Source: Prorocentrum cordatum (Eukaryota). Taken from it: 64,000 bases of DNA. Below are positions 38,330-50,581 of the stretch, one piece after another; the stretch's first letter is position 1; every line of letters begins with the position of its first letter. The position numbers were made by a program, and so were the translations under genes. The stretch spans positions 1 to 64,000 of the forward strand of contig CAUYUJ010000237.1 of assembly GCA_963575745.1 (NCBI GenBank). The letters run 5' to 3'. Below the pieces are notes generated by a model that made no database searches, had not been told where the DNA came from, and saw only the letters and a list, made by a program, of their open reading frames with translations.

Positions 38330-39201
38330 GCCCCTTCCGGGCTTGTGCCCGCCGACCTTCCTGGAGTCGAGGTCCGTGGCCAAGGCGACCTTCTCGGACT
38401 ACCAGCGGAGAGCCCAAGCCTTCCTGGGTTGGGCGCTGCAGGCGGGCTAGCTGGACCACAGTCGGGGACCTGAGGGCGACCGGGGCGCTGGCTGGCTGGA
38501 CCAAGGTGGTGCCGCGAGCAACGCGGATGCCAGTGCCGTGGCTTCTTGCAGCGGCGCTGGCTGGGCATCTGCTGTCCAGGGGCTTGCTGGAACACGCCGT
38601 GGCGCTGCTGCTGGCCTTCAATGCCTACCTCCGCCCAGGCGAGATGGATGCGCTGACGCCCATGCAGCTGGTCGCGCCGGTGGCGGGCGCTGGGTTCGGA
38701 CAGCAGCAGTGGGCATTGCTGCTGGGTCCGAGCGAGCTGGGGGCGCCGACAAGGGTAGGCGCCTTCGACGAGAGCATCGTGCTGGACGGGGTCGGGCACC
38801 TGTGCGAGTGCCTCGCGGTGCTCAAGCGGCGCGGCCAGCGCATGACGGACAGGCTCTGGAGCTTCGCCCGCAACGACCTGTCCGTGGAGATGCAGGTGTC
38901 CTCGGAGGCGCTGGGGCTGGGCCAGATGGGGCCGACCGCCCACAGGTTCCGGCGCGGCGGCGCGGCGCGCGACCTGCTGACCAGGGCGCGCTCGGCGCTG
39001 GAGGTCAAGTCGAGGGGGCGCTGGCCCTCCGACGCGATGCTGAAACGGCGCGGCAAGGAGGCGAGGGCCCTGGAGGAGCTGCGCAAGGCGCCGGCCCAGA
39101 CGCTCGAGTTCGGGCGGCGCGTCGCCGCCTGGCTGGGGCCCATCTTCCTGGAGCGGGAAGGCCTGCCGCCGCTGCCAGCGCTGCCAGTGGGGCGTCGCTG
39201 A
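38330..39201 (+). pseudogene. Tyrosine recombinase of the DIRS-like element
   Basis: FNAYLRPGE (catalytic R), HRFRRGGA (HxxR region), RGRWPSD.MLKRRGK (the catalytic Tyr position is not Tyr). Confidence 0.85.
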
Positions 39202-40002
39202 GCGATGGCGAGGTGAAAGTGAGGGTGCGTCGAGTCTTGAGAAAGGCGTTGGCCTCGGCCCAGGCCTCAAGGAAGCATGTTTTTCTGGAGTTGTATTCAG
39301 GCCAGGGGGGCATGTCAAAAGCGATGCGAAACCTCGGTTTTGGGGCGGTGCCCGTAGATAGTTTAAAGCTCCCTTGGTTTGATCTGGAGAGGCCGGGCAT
39401 CCAGGGGATCGTTAAGGGGGTGGATCACGGGGGGCGTCGTCGTCGGTCTCTGGATTGGCACGCCGTGTTGTTCGTGGTCTCAGGCTCGGCATGGGCCCCC
39501 GAATAGTAGGTGGTGCCATCTCAGAAGCCATTCTCACTTTTGGGGACTGCTCAATCTTAACCCCCGTGCCCGCCTTGCCTGCGAGAAGGGCAACTCTCAA
39601 TTTAAATGATGTATTTCCCTGATCCGTGCGTGCCGTAACAATCACGTGCCTGTGGCGCTGGAGAATCCTAGTAGCAGCTGGATGTGGCAGACGTCTCAAC
39701 TCGCCCGCCTCTCGGGGCGGCCCGATAGCCATCAGTGCGTCGCGCATTTTTGTGCCTTCGGAGCCCGCTGGCGAAAGCGCACTCGGGTCCAGGTCTGGAA
39801 TTCCAGTTTTCGGGTAAACCTCCCCAGGCCGTGCCGTGGGCGTTCTGGCCAGTGCAGTTTTTCGGGTAAACGCCACATGGTTCTCCCAGGCCGTGATTCA
39901 GGCTCGGGCAAATTGTGGACCAGTGTCGGTGAGACCCACCCTGTTCGTTTTTGTAACTTGTTTGCCCGAGCATTGGAGCAAACGATCCAGTCGCTGAAAT
40001 GA
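39200..40002 (+). pseudogene. C5-cytosine DNA methyltransferase domain of the DIRS-like element (one frameshift, one stop)
   Basis: Motif I FLELYSGQGG (39282-), motif IV GTPCCSWSQAR, motif VI LENPSSS, motif VIII-like FCAFGARWRKRT, C-terminal C...H..L.G...WT...HP..FC. Confidence 0.88.
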
Positions 40003-40262
40003 AGCCGACCCTGACAGATTGTTAGTTGCGGCTAATGCCAGAATCCCATTCGGGGTGGTTTGGGGTTTCTCTCTTCCTCTCTCGTTCGGTGTGTTTGTGG
40101 TGTGTGTGTGTGTGTGTCTGTGTGTGTGTGTCTGTGCTGTGTGTGTTGTGCCGTCCGTTCGTGTCCCTCTCCTCCGCCGAGCTTGGAGCGTGGCCCGTCC
40201 TGTCCTGCTCGACCCGCCTGGGCCGAGACACGCAAAATGTCTTTGCCTGGTTGAGCGTCGCA

Positions 40263-40690
40263 ATGATGATGGTGATGATGCTGATGATGGTGCTGGTGAT
40301 GTTGATGCTGATGATGATGATGATGATGCTGATGATGATGGCGATGGTAACGATGATGATGCTGATGATGGTAATGATGATGGTGATGATGCTGATGATG
40401 CTGCTGCTGATGGTGATGATAATGGTGATGGTGATGGTGATGATGATGCTGACGAGGAGGAGGAGCAGTAGGAGGTCGAGGAGTAGGATGAGTAGGATCA
40501 GGAGGAGGATAATCAGGAGGAGGGTCAACAAGTGGAGGAGGAAGAGGAGGACAAGGATCAGGAAGAGGTGGAGGATCAGGAGGAGAGGAGAGGCAGTAAG
40601 ATGAGGAGGAGTAGGAGGAGAGGGCGCAGGAAGAGGAGGAAAGGATGATCGGGATGGAAGAGGAGGCGGGAAAGGAGGAGGAGGAGGAGG
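40263..40690. repeat. (GAT)n then (GGA)n simple repeats
   Basis: Direct reading. Confidence 0.9.
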
Positions 40691-40728
40691 AAAACGAGGG
40701 CCCGCTCCTCTTGGCGCGCCTCTTACAG

Positions 40729-40829
40729 GGGCCTGTGCTGCTCCGGGGTGTTCGGCCCCCAGGGCAACTCGGCCTGCTTCAGTTTCCCAGACTTCACGTT
40801 CCTGCGCTGCTGCGGCGCCACGCTGTCGG
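40729..40829 (+). CDS. Host gene exon: (R)GLCCSGVFGPQGNSACFSFPDFTFLRCCGATLS(G)
   Basis: TTACAG acceptor, G|GC donor, high GC3, Cys-rich motif, phases match both neighbouring exons. Confidence 0.7.
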
Positions 40830-40885
40830 GCGGGGTTGCCGAGGCCTCGTCCTCCTTCTCCTCCACTTCCTCTTCCTCCTTTTCC

Positions 40886-40944
<59 letters not shown>

Positions 40945-41146
40945 GAACATTATTACTTCTAAAGAATAATTATTGTTGGGACCCCTGGTGCACGACCCCC
41001 CTCCAAAACCTAGGCCGCAGCCTCATTTCCTTCATTTTCTAGCGAAAGCTTCAGAAAAGTGGATTAGTACCGGATCCGGTTTTTTGTTGACGCTCGTTTT
41101 CCCTTGCAAAAAACACTATAAAATGAAAATTCTGGTTCTTAGTTGA

Positions 41147-41695
41147 TCAAATTTCAAGAATCCCTTGCAAAAAAAAAGGGAAAGTGGACAATCGTGCGCG
41201 CAAGACGAAATCCTTCCAAAACCTTAGGTTTCGTAACGATTTTAACATAAAAACATCAAAAACCCAATGGTTTTTTAAGAACAAATTGTCAAAATGTCCT
41301 TCCGCGCGCGCTGTCCGAATCCCACAAAACCAATGGTTTTTCAACATTTATGTTACATGAGCTCGCGCGAGCTACTTTTTCTTGTTCTAACATAATCAAA
41401 TTTCAATAATCCCTTGCAAAAAATAAGGTAAAGTGGACATTCGCGCGCGCAAGACGAAATCCTTCCAGAACCTTAGGTTTCGTAACGATTTCAACATAAA
41501 AACATCAAAAACCCAATGGTTTTTCAAAAAAAAATGTCCAAATTTCATCCCGCGCGCGCTGTCCGACTCCCACAAAACCAATGGTTTTTCAACATTTATG
41601 TTACATGACCTCGCGCGAGCTACTTTTTCTTGTTCTAACATAATCAATATTCCCTTGCAAAAAAAAGTAAAGTGGACATTCGCGCGCGCAAGACC
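41147..41695. repeat. AT-rich tandem repeat, ~249 bp unit, ~2.2 copies
   Basis: TCAAATTTCAA.AATCCCTTGCAAAAAA starts at 41147 and 41396; partial third copy from ~41644. Confidence 0.9.
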
Positions 41696-42131
41696 AACAA
41701 AAAACACGACGATCTCAGGAACTTGCCCCAAAAATGTGACCAACTCCGCTCTCTCTGTCTCTCTCTCTGTCTGCTCTCTGTCTCTCTCTCTGTCTGTCTG
41801 TGTCATGTATTGTATGTCACAATTGCAGGATGCTGGGCACACGCGCGCCCCGAATAAGTGACCAAGTTCTGTGGGTGTGTACCCCACGCCAGTGTAGTAG
41901 CCACGGTCGTCCGCACGCCACGAAGTGAAGTGTCCCAACGTCATAGGGCGGGAAGCTGGGTTTGGGTGGTCGCGAAGAGTCGTTTGGATATTTGGTAGAG
42001 CTTGAACTGCCCCCCCACGAAGTGGGGGTATTGTCTCGCGTCGCATGAAAACCCTGGCACTGGTGAGAACACTGAGCGTTCGGGTAAAATGATTGTTGTT
42101 GTTGTTGTTGTTGTTGTTTTTGTGCCTTGCC

Positions 42132-42168
42132 TCCGTTGCCATTTTGTCGCAAACCGTTTTGGTACAGG
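42132..42168 (+). other. Tandem relict DinoSL (18/22 copy plus a 15-nt remnant)
   Basis: TCCGTTGCCATTTTGTCGCAAA followed by CCGTTTTGGTACAGG, shortly after a (GTT)n run. Confidence 0.7.
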
Positions 42169-43649
42169 CGTTCTGTGCTTGGTCGTGCGAACCTCACAAC
42201 GGCGCTGCGCGTGCGAGCCGTTTGGCGTTCAGCGATCACTCTCCCTTTGCAGCCTGGGAGATCAGGTTCTTGCCCGTCGCGATGAGCAGCGCCGTGGCAC
42301 CGCCGCGCCCTTCCCAAGGCTCCCATCAGGGAAGGATGACGCTGCGGCGTGCAGGCCCACTGGCAGCACTGCAAGCGCTGCAGATCGCAGTGGCAGGGGC
42401 CACCGGTGGATCGAGGCGGTGCTGCTGTTGACGTCGCTCGTGGTGTTCCTCGTCCCCTTAGGCTCCAGCCTCGTGGCGCAGGAAGTGCAAGCGGGCAGTC
42501 CCGCGATCTCCAGGGCTTCTCCATCGTGGGCTTGGAGGCTTCCGAGCTCGACCCGCTCGCGTCACTGCCATCACAATGGTGCAGTCAAGCTCGTGACAAT
42601 CTCCTGGCGAAGACGGAGCCAAAGCCCCCGCCCGCGCTCCAAACCCAGGTCCGCCAAATACACTCGCATCCAACTGTTGGAGAAAAAGCTCGAAACAATC
42701 TTAAAAGTTGGACAGGTGGCGGGAAGACGCTGCTGCTCAACAGATACTGCGCATCCATATTCGACGAGATTTCCGTGGCCGATGGCAAGTGCAGTCGTGG
42801 TGTTCAGGCGATTCCTCCCGAGAAGGCGAAGCCCACGCAGACTCCTGGGAAGGTGTCTCCCTCGGCGCTGCTGGAGGCTTGCAACATGGAGGAGGCGCTG
42901 CTCGACGACCTCGTGGAGGACCTCCCTGAGGGCGTCGAGGCCACGCCCGAAGTTCGAGCTCAGCTGGGCGCCCGCAAGCAGGAGCTTCAGATGGGCATCA
43001 ACAATATGGCAACATATTGTTTTCGGAGCTGCGCGCGCCGATTTCCAGCGCTTTCGACTAGAGCACAAGGACTTGGTGGTGCGCCTGACCAAGAAGAGTC
43101 GCAGGGCGGTCGAGGGTTCCACCGCTGGAGGTGCTGGGGGTCAAGGACCCAGCGCTGGAGTTCCTAGTGGCGGACCCGCCGGGGCCCCTGTTCCTGAGCG
43201 TGCCCCTGCCAGCCCTGGCGCAGCTGACGGCGGAGGCGGGGCTTTTGCCGCTGCTACGTCCGAGGTCGCTGTGCCAAATCCCCAAATCCAAGCAGCTGTC
43301 GCCACATCCCCCGCTCCCGCCTTTCGGCGGGGTGCCCCGCCAACTCGGTTTCCGATTCGGCCGCCGGCGCGTCCAGCGTAACGATCCCGGCGGCCCGCGG
43401 CGCATCAGCTTGCGGTCTTCCTTCTTCCTTCAACGCAGATTGTTGTAATGTTTTGGCCGGCCTGCCAGTGCCATTTGGCCCTGGCTCCCCTGAGATGGAC
43501 TAGCTCTCTCTGGCGGCCATCAGTGTGAGTTGCAGCAGTTTCGGGGCCTTCGGGGGCCGGGCGCCGAAGTGCGATTCTGCGAATGTTGTGATTTGTTATT
43601 CTTCTGCAAGGCCAGTGCAGTTCCAGCGAGGCCGTTCTGGCAGCGCAAG

Positions 43650-45960
43650 GATTTGCGCGCGCCGCCGATGGGGGGCAGAAGCGAGGCGGGGGCGGCCCGT
43701 AGTCGCCGCGCGCCGCGGCCTCGCGCGCGCGACCGAGGGGCGCGCGAGCGCGCCCCGGCTGCTTCCGCCGCGCCCGAGCGCGATCCCGCCCGGCCAGCGG
43801 GCCGCCCTGCGCCTGCAAAGGGCGTCGATCCGCGCCGCGGCGGTCAGGCGCGTGCGACCGCCCCGCGGCCTCGCTGCGGCGGGCGGCCGCCGCCGCTGCT
43901 CAGCCCCTGCGCGGCCCCTGCTGCGGCAGGGCTTGCGCTGCCCACCTGCGCAGATCTGCTGCGGGCTGCGCGCCCAAAGCCGGCGTCGCCCCCGCCCTTG
44001 CGGGGCCCCCCTCCGCCCCCGAGTGGTGCTCCAGCGGGCGGCGCTGCTCTGTCGAGTCCTCGCGATCAGCTGCGGTCTTTCGGTTTGCGGGGGGATCGCC
44101 CGCCGCCCTGGCCGCCCCCGCCGAGCTGCGAGGCGGCGATTGTTGCGCTGCCTGGGGCAGTCGCGTCGGTGCCTCACCCGGGCAATCGCGACCCGCTGCG
44201 GTCGCTCGGGGCGCGCGGGGATCCTCCCGCGCCCCTGCCAGGTCCAGCTCCGGCGATTGCTGATGCTGCCTGGAGAGCCGCTGCTGCGCGCGCCGAGCGG
44301 CGTGGCTCGCTCGAGTTATTGCGACCTGCCGCGGTCGCTCGAGGCGCGCGGGCCCCCCCCCGCGCCCCCGCCTGCCTCGGCTTCGGCGATGGCGTAGGCT
44401 GCCCATGGAGCTTCTGCTGCGCGCGCAGGGTCACCTGCGAGCGGCGTGGCTCGCTCGAGCCGCCGCGACCTGCCGCCGTCGATCGGGGCCCGCGGGGGTC
44501 CTCCCGCATCTCCGTGGGATTTGGCCTCGGCGATGGCGGAGGCTACCCGTGGGGCCTCTGCTCGTTCGAGCCATCCCGACCTGCCGCAGTCGTTTCGGGC
44601 ACGCGGGGGCACTCCCGCCCCCCTTGCCTGGCTCAGCCTCGACGATGGCGGAGGGTGCTCCGCGAACATCTGTTGCGAGCGCAGGGCCCCCTGCGAGCGG
44701 CGTGGCTCGTTCGCGCCATCGCGACCCGCCGCGGTCTGGAGAGCCGTTGCCGTTCGCGTAGGGGCCCCGGCCAGCGGCGCGGAGACGCCCCGACCTGCCG
44801 CAGTCGCTCGGGGCACGCGGGGCCCCTCCCGCGCCCCGCGGCGCTGGCGGAGGCCACCCATGGGCCGCTGGCGCAAGCGCAGGGTCCCCTGCGACAGACG
44901 CGGTTCGTCCGAACCATCGCGCGTCGCCGCGGTCGCTCGGGCGCGGCGGGGGCCCCCGCGCGCCTCGGCCAGGGTCGACCTCAGCAACGGCGGAGGCTAC
45001 CCTGGGGGCATCTGCTGCAAGCGCAGGGTCTCCTGTGAGTGGCGTGGCCAAGCGAGTTGCTGTCCGCGCGCTGCTGCGACTTGTCGCTGCCCAGCGACCG
45101 CCCGGACCTGGGCGCGTCAGGCGCTGCCGCCCTCTCCATTGCCGGCCCCGGGGCACGTCTGCCCTCTCCGGCCCTGCGCGCAGGACAGATCGTCTGTTCT
45201 GATGTGGGGTGAGGTCTTCGGTTTTTTGAGCCGCGCCCGTCCGCTCGCCCCGCTCGGGCATCGCGACTTCCGCGCTCCGCGGGGCCATCTGCTGAGGGCG
45301 CTAGGCGCGCTTGGCGCCCGGCGGTCTGCCGGCGGCGCGCGAGGCCTGGGCGCCGCCGCCCCCGTCGCCCCCAGTGCCCTCCCCGAGGCAGCGCGTGCCC
45401 AGACAGCTTTCTTTGTTACTGCCAGCCTCGCCTTGTCGCTATCTACGCGGATGTCAGCCCTTCCAGTAGTCCACCCCCTGTTGCCGCCGCCCACCACGGC
45501 CTCGTAACTTCGCGAGGTCTTTGGGCCCGGGATTGGCTAGTTCGCCCTCTCCTGCGACCAGGCGTTGACCAAGTCCGCCTGAGCGGCGCCGCTCGGTTCG
45601 CGCGCTCGTCGGCCCCCGGCGCCTGCGGGGCTGCCGCGCGCGCGCCCTGCGCGCCCGAGCGGAGACCGCGACCGGTTTTTCGCTCGCGATCGGGAGAATG
45701 CCTCCCTCATTATCCCCCTCGCTGCGTTCCTGCAGTCTCTGCGGCCTCTCGCCCCCCCTCCCCCCTTCTTCCGCGGCCAGCGGCGCTGCTAGTTCGGCCT
45801 TTCGGGCGACCAGGCGTTGGCGAAGTCCGCCTGGGCGACGCTGCTCGGTTCGCGCGCGCGTCGGCCGCGCTCGCGGGGCTGCTGCGCGCGCGCGCCGCGC
45901 GCCCGCGCGGAGACCGCTCTCTCGCTCGCGATCGGGAATATTTTTGCCGCGGGAGGGCGC
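43650..45960. repeat. Extremely GC-rich diverged tandem repeats inside LINE-D
   Basis: Recurrent GCGACC(T/C)GCCGCGGTCGCTCGGGGCGCGCGGGG units; two copies of CGACCAGGCGTTG..AAGTCCGCCTG near 45556 and 45807. Confidence 0.7.
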
Positions 45961-48900
45961 CGATGGGTCCCTGGACTCGGCTTGAAGGCAGAGGTTCAAG
46001 TCCGGATCTGGCGTTCGGTCAGGGCGATGCTCTTGTTCTCTTCCTTGGAACATGTACAACTACTCTGCAGAGGCTTGTCTTGAGACTCTGAGGCTGCGCC
46101 GCATTCGGCACGAATTTCCTCTGGCGCTGTTCAACCCGCGCGTTGCAGGATACCAGGTCGCCACCTGTGGGGCGATTGCCGGCCGTTCAGCTGCTGCGTC
46201 TTTATCTCGCGCTCACTCTCTCGACGCGTTCGACAACATTCCCAGCTGCTTTTGCGGCGCGGGCGGCCCCATTTTGTTCTTGGACCTCATTTCGTTCTTG
46301 TGCGATGAAGAGGTTTCACTCGGCAGACATCGAAGTTTCGACGCGTGCGTCGACGATGCGAACGTGTCTGCGATTGGGGGATGGAGGCATGTGATCGAGT
46401 CGATTCTTATCAGGGCGCCCTGGTTGCATCATGCCATCGATGCCATGATGGGCAACCAGAATGCCCTCGACAAGGCTGCTCTCATCTGTTCGCGCCCTGC
46501 TCTTGGCGAGGCTATCGGAGCTCGCTCTGGGGTGGAGCACGTCGCCGTGGAGTGCTTCGAGGAAGGTTTCTAGGGGACTGGTTTGGTCTCCTCGGGAGCT
46601 GACGATTTTCGTTTCTCCAGGCACGTTTTTCTAGGCGGCAGTTGTTTCAAGTCGGTTATTCAGGAGCTGTCTAGGTCTGGTTGGGCTTCTGCCAGAAACG
46701 CCGACAATGGCCAACCTCTGGGTTGGTGCCTTGGCCCAGCGTTTGCCCACCTCCCACAGGCACCGCAGGCAGGGGAATCCTCGCTTCGGCAGCTGCAGGA
46801 GTGAACTTCGATGGCCCAGCGAACCTTTACTCCGACTGTGCGAACCAGAGGTCGCGGTTGTGGCTCGCACGGAGGTCGACGAACCGAGTACCAGCGAGGT
46901 GGAACGTTTTAGACGGACGAACAAGTACTACGCCGACTTAGCGGCCAAGAGCGGGGCTGAACTTCTCCCCCATCCTGATCTTGTTGTCAGGGAAATAATC
47001 GATGTCCACGTTCGTGTTAGTAAAGCTATGATCAAAATTGCTTGTCAGCTGCTGCCGCTCTGGCTTAAACTGCGACCTATCAGAGATCGAGTATGTCGAG
47101 CCTTCTGTGAAGCTGCCCGCTGACCACCTGTCTCATGTTTTCTTGCACCGCTCGGACGTGTACATTTTTTCTGGCGAGGACCATCGAGGAGTGTCCTTTG
47201 ATCATCGAGGAACATCGCACCAAAACCAGCACATGCACGGGGAGTGCGCGCCCGAGCGATGGTAAGTGCTCGGGATTGGGGGAGCTCTTTTCTGGCAGTG
47301 TCGACTGCTCCTCCGAAGAGAGCGTGGTGTCGCTTGCCCGCCGCTGGGCCGCTGCTCGAGGCCTCCTCGCTTGAACCATGACTTGATTGATGCCAACATT
47401 AAGTCGGGCCTGTCCCTCTACAGGAGGAATATTCAAAACTAGTCAAAAAATAGTATGGGGACGATTTGTTGATTTTGTTCAATCATGTTCTGGAATTTTC
47501 TGACTATTCGTTCGTCCAAAATGCGCCTGTAGGGGCACAGGCCCGACCTAACACAGTTGTGCGTTTATAGACTGCGCAGACGGCCTTTCTTCATGCACCG
47601 GTCCCAAGTGCCACCACTGCGGCAGTGGTGGTCGTCTTGTGCATTCCTCCAAGCCCTGCGTGCCAGACGCAAGCGGCGCTGGGCGGACGAAATGGAAGCA
47701 TGCGTGCTCTGGCCGTTCCCCGCAGGAGAGGAAACAGATTCGCAATGTGCTGTTTCTTCTCTCGCCCTGGGCTGTCGGCTCTTCCCCCTCCCATGCTCAG
47801 GCTCCGTCTGGCTGTAGCGTCTGGCGAGGTGGAGGAGGGAGGTGCCAGACTCTGGAGGTCGAGCCTCCCGATGCTTTGGGCGATGTCGAGGCGGAGGCCT
47901 CACGCTTCTTCCCCGCTTCTGCCAGCCCCGCAGCGGCCGCAACGGCGCCTTGCGCCTCCAGCTCCGCGCCCAGGAGGCCGATGAGCCCCTTCCCCAGAGG
48001 GGGCACTCAGACGTATATGTTCGAACAAGTGTTGTGGTTTATGTTAGTGCTGTTGTTCAGGTCCTGCTCCTCCGCCTCCCCCTCTTCCTGCTCCCTCTCC
48101 TCCTTCTCCTCCTCATGCGTATCTGGCTTCTCCTCCTCCTCCTCCTCTTCCTCCTCTTCCTCCTCCATCCCAGCTCCTTGTAAGTAGCTCCTCCCTGTCG
48201 CACCACCAGACGTGTCGTCAGGGCGGGCCGGGGTGGTTCGCCCGAGCCGCCCTCACCGCTCATGATCTTGAAGCAAACTCCATCTTTCCCACATCTGCAT
48301 GGCTGGGTGTCGGGCCATTGGAAAAATGGTGATCTCGCCTCGGCTCCGCGCACACTGGTGTACAACAGCTCATTCGTCACACGGTCGGATGGCGTGTCGT
48401 GTTGGTTATGATGATATCGCTTGGTGCCGCGCCCTTTCGTCTTGAATATTCCCGGCAGTTCTACGGATGGAACGCGCATGTTTTTCAAAATGGGGTTCTC
48501 GTTTTCGCGACGCGAACACGTGTTATTTACATGTCCGACTGCATGGACGGTGGGCGGGCCGTTTCAAAATCGGGGCTCTCGTTTTGGCGCCGCGTATGCT
48601 CTTCTTGGTCAGTTCCAACAGCCGCGCGGATTGAGGGCGAATGATTCTCAACAGCGGGATCTCGCCTTTGCGCGCGCACACTTGTCTTGAGCATGTCCAG
48701 AAGTTTCACGGATGGAGGGCGCGCCGTTTTCAAAATGGTCTTCTCGTTTGAGACACCTTCGAGCCATATTCCTGCAAATTCAAGTTCCAGATTTACGGAT
48801 GAAAGGCGACTCTGTCTCAAAATGGTCTAAATGGGGCTCTTGTCTGGAATTCAAAAGCTTCAACACGTAGCCAGTACGCCCGGATGGAGGGCGGATCCGT

Positions 48901-49579
48901 TTCGAACCAGGTGTGCCGCTGGACATCTCCTCGCACGTGATGTGCCCACCTTGTCGCAGCCCTTTATGCTCCCTCGGAGGATGGAAGGCAGTTCCTGTTC
49001 ACAACGGAGCTCTCACATCGGAGCTTTCGCCTGACTTGACGGGGGCGCGTGGCGCAGTGAAGAAAAAAACTTGTCAGGATTTTCGAGAAGGGGACCTGGG
49101 ACGGGGGGGGGATTGCAGAATGGTTGATGCAGATTGGGTTCCCTCTGGTCCTTCCTCGTCCTCCTCCTCCCTCCTCCCATTCCTTGCTCTCCTCCTAATC
49201 CTCCGTCCTCCTCCTCCTCGTCCCTTCTCGCTCCTGTTTCTCCTGTTCCTCCTCTTCCTCCATCCCTCTTGTTTTAAATCGCGCGTCCCGGTCGCACCAC
49301 CAGATGTGTCTGTAGGCCGGGCTGAGCGTATCGCTTGAGATCGTTCTGCAATCGATTATCTTGAAGCTGGTGGTTTTCAACATCTGGTTATCGCCCTAGC
49401 GCTATGCAATTTCTTTCTCTATACAAAATTTACACGGGTACAAGGCTGGTGGTTTCCAACATGTTGCTCTCACCATAAACGCTGCGCCCATTCGTCCTGC
49501 TGCCAGCAGTTGCACGGATGGAGGGCCTGTGGTCTTCAACTTGTAGCTCTCGGTTCAGTGCCGTGCACATTGGTTTTAG

Positions 49580-49736
49580 GATTCGCCAGCTGTGGCACGG
49601 ACGGAGTTTGGCACATCTTCAAGATGAAGATCTCGCCGGAGTTCCTCGAGCGCATGGTCAGTCACATGGATGGGGGGGTGGTTCTCTTCAGCACGGCGCT
49701 GTTCGCCTGCGACCTCGCCTCTTTTTGGTTTCCGAG
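49580..49736 (+). CDS. Host gene exon: (G)FASCGTDGVWHIFKMKISPEFLERMVSHMDGGVVLFSTALFACDLASFWFP(R)
   Basis: TTTTAG acceptor, AG|GT donor, high GC3, phase-1 entry matches exon 40729-40829. Confidence 0.7.
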
Positions 49737-49779
49737 GTGCGCGCCGCACAGCAGCTGCAGGGATGCACGGCGATTCTCT

Positions 49780-50200
49780 TCTGGACCGGGCCCGTGGCTG
49801 GGAGCCTGCCCCGAGCTTGGAACCCCACCCTTTTCAGCAGGGCGCTTTTCGCCTGCGGCATCCTCTCGTTGTGGTGTCCGAGGTGCACAGCCGCACAGAA
49901 CCGCCGCAAGGAGGACGCACGGCGATCCTCTTCCGGACCTGGCTTCCGGACCGGGCCCGCGGTTGGGAGCCCCCCCCGAGCTTGGGACCCCCCACACTTT
50001 TCGCGTGCCTTCGAGCTCGAAGGAGGGCGGGCGGTTCCCTTCAGAGCGGCCCCCCCCCCTTTGAATCGCGGGCTGTCGCTGGGAGCCTCCCCAGAGCTTG
50101 GACCCCCCCACCCTTTTCGCGTGCCTTCGAGCTCGAAGGAGGGCGGAGGGCGGGCGGTGTCCTTCAGAGCAGGCCCCTCCGCTCTGAAGCGCGGGCCCGC
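49780..50200. repeat. Short diverged tandem repeat (GGGAGCC..CCCGAGCTTGG..CCCC units)
   Basis: Units near 49800, 49964 and 50081. Confidence 0.7.
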
Positions 50201-50518
50201 GGGGCGCTCGTCCTTCAAGAGGTGCGCTTCCCGCGGTGGGGCAGAGTGCCTGCAGAAACGGACGGGGAGTAAACTTGGGACAGGAGGGTGTTCTGCAGCA
50301 TCGCTGATGCATCTTGGGTTCACGCTGGTCGTTCATTTTCATCCTCCTCCTCCTCCTGCTCCTCCTCCTCCTCCTTCTCCTCGGAGGAGGAGGAGGAGGA
50401 GTACGTGGATGGTGAGGAGGAGGAGGAGGAGGAAGAGGGGGATGAGGAGGATGAGGATGAGGGGGAGGAGGAGGAGGAGGAGGAGGAGGAGGAGGAGGAA
50501 GAAGAGGAGAGCTCGGAG

Positions 50519-50581
50519 GTCGCGGCCGCGGCTACGATCTGGGTACCTGGGGGCCGCTCCACCGGGGGGAGGGGCCCAGAG
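50519..50581 (+). CDS. Possible symmetric 63-nt host exon SRPRLRSGYLGAAPPGGGAQ
   Basis: AG|G entry and AG|GT exit, phase 2 to phase 2; a unique island between GGA and CCT repeats. Confidence 0.35.

Larger units (their letters stand above)
33804..40262 (+). mobile_element. Degenerate tyrosine-recombinase (DIRS/Ngaro-like) retrotransposon carrying a C5 DNA methyltransferase (DIRS-Dnmt type)
   Basis: Order: small Cys/TM ORF, gag-like, RT, RNase H, YR, DNMT; embedded in (GAT)n; imperfect terminal direct repeat at 33829-33879 and 40179-40227. Confidence 0.88.
42132..48050 (+). mobile_element. LINE-D: heavily degenerate non-LTR retrotransposon with RT and C-terminal RNase H remnants, interrupted by GC-rich repeats
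   Basis: RT GAIAGRSAA..L and ACVDDA (46150-46370); RNase H-like VFLGGSC...SRSGWA...LPQAPQAGE (46620-46780); ORF1-like region 42300-43380. Confidence 0.6.

Noticed and set aside
38260..40002. Bacterial prophage integrase with a restriction-modification methylase (contamination)
   Set aside because: YR and DNMT are contiguous with DIRS-type RT/RNase H and lie inside a microsatellite-flanked eukaryotic intron.
41840..42090. Possible structured RNA gene
   Set aside because: No tRNA, rRNA or snRNA motif or convincing stem could be identified.
43400..46000. Many long overlapping ORFs of 200-500 aa
   Set aside because: A result of extreme GC content and tandem repeats; Arg/Ala/Pro/Gly-rich in all frames with no motifs.
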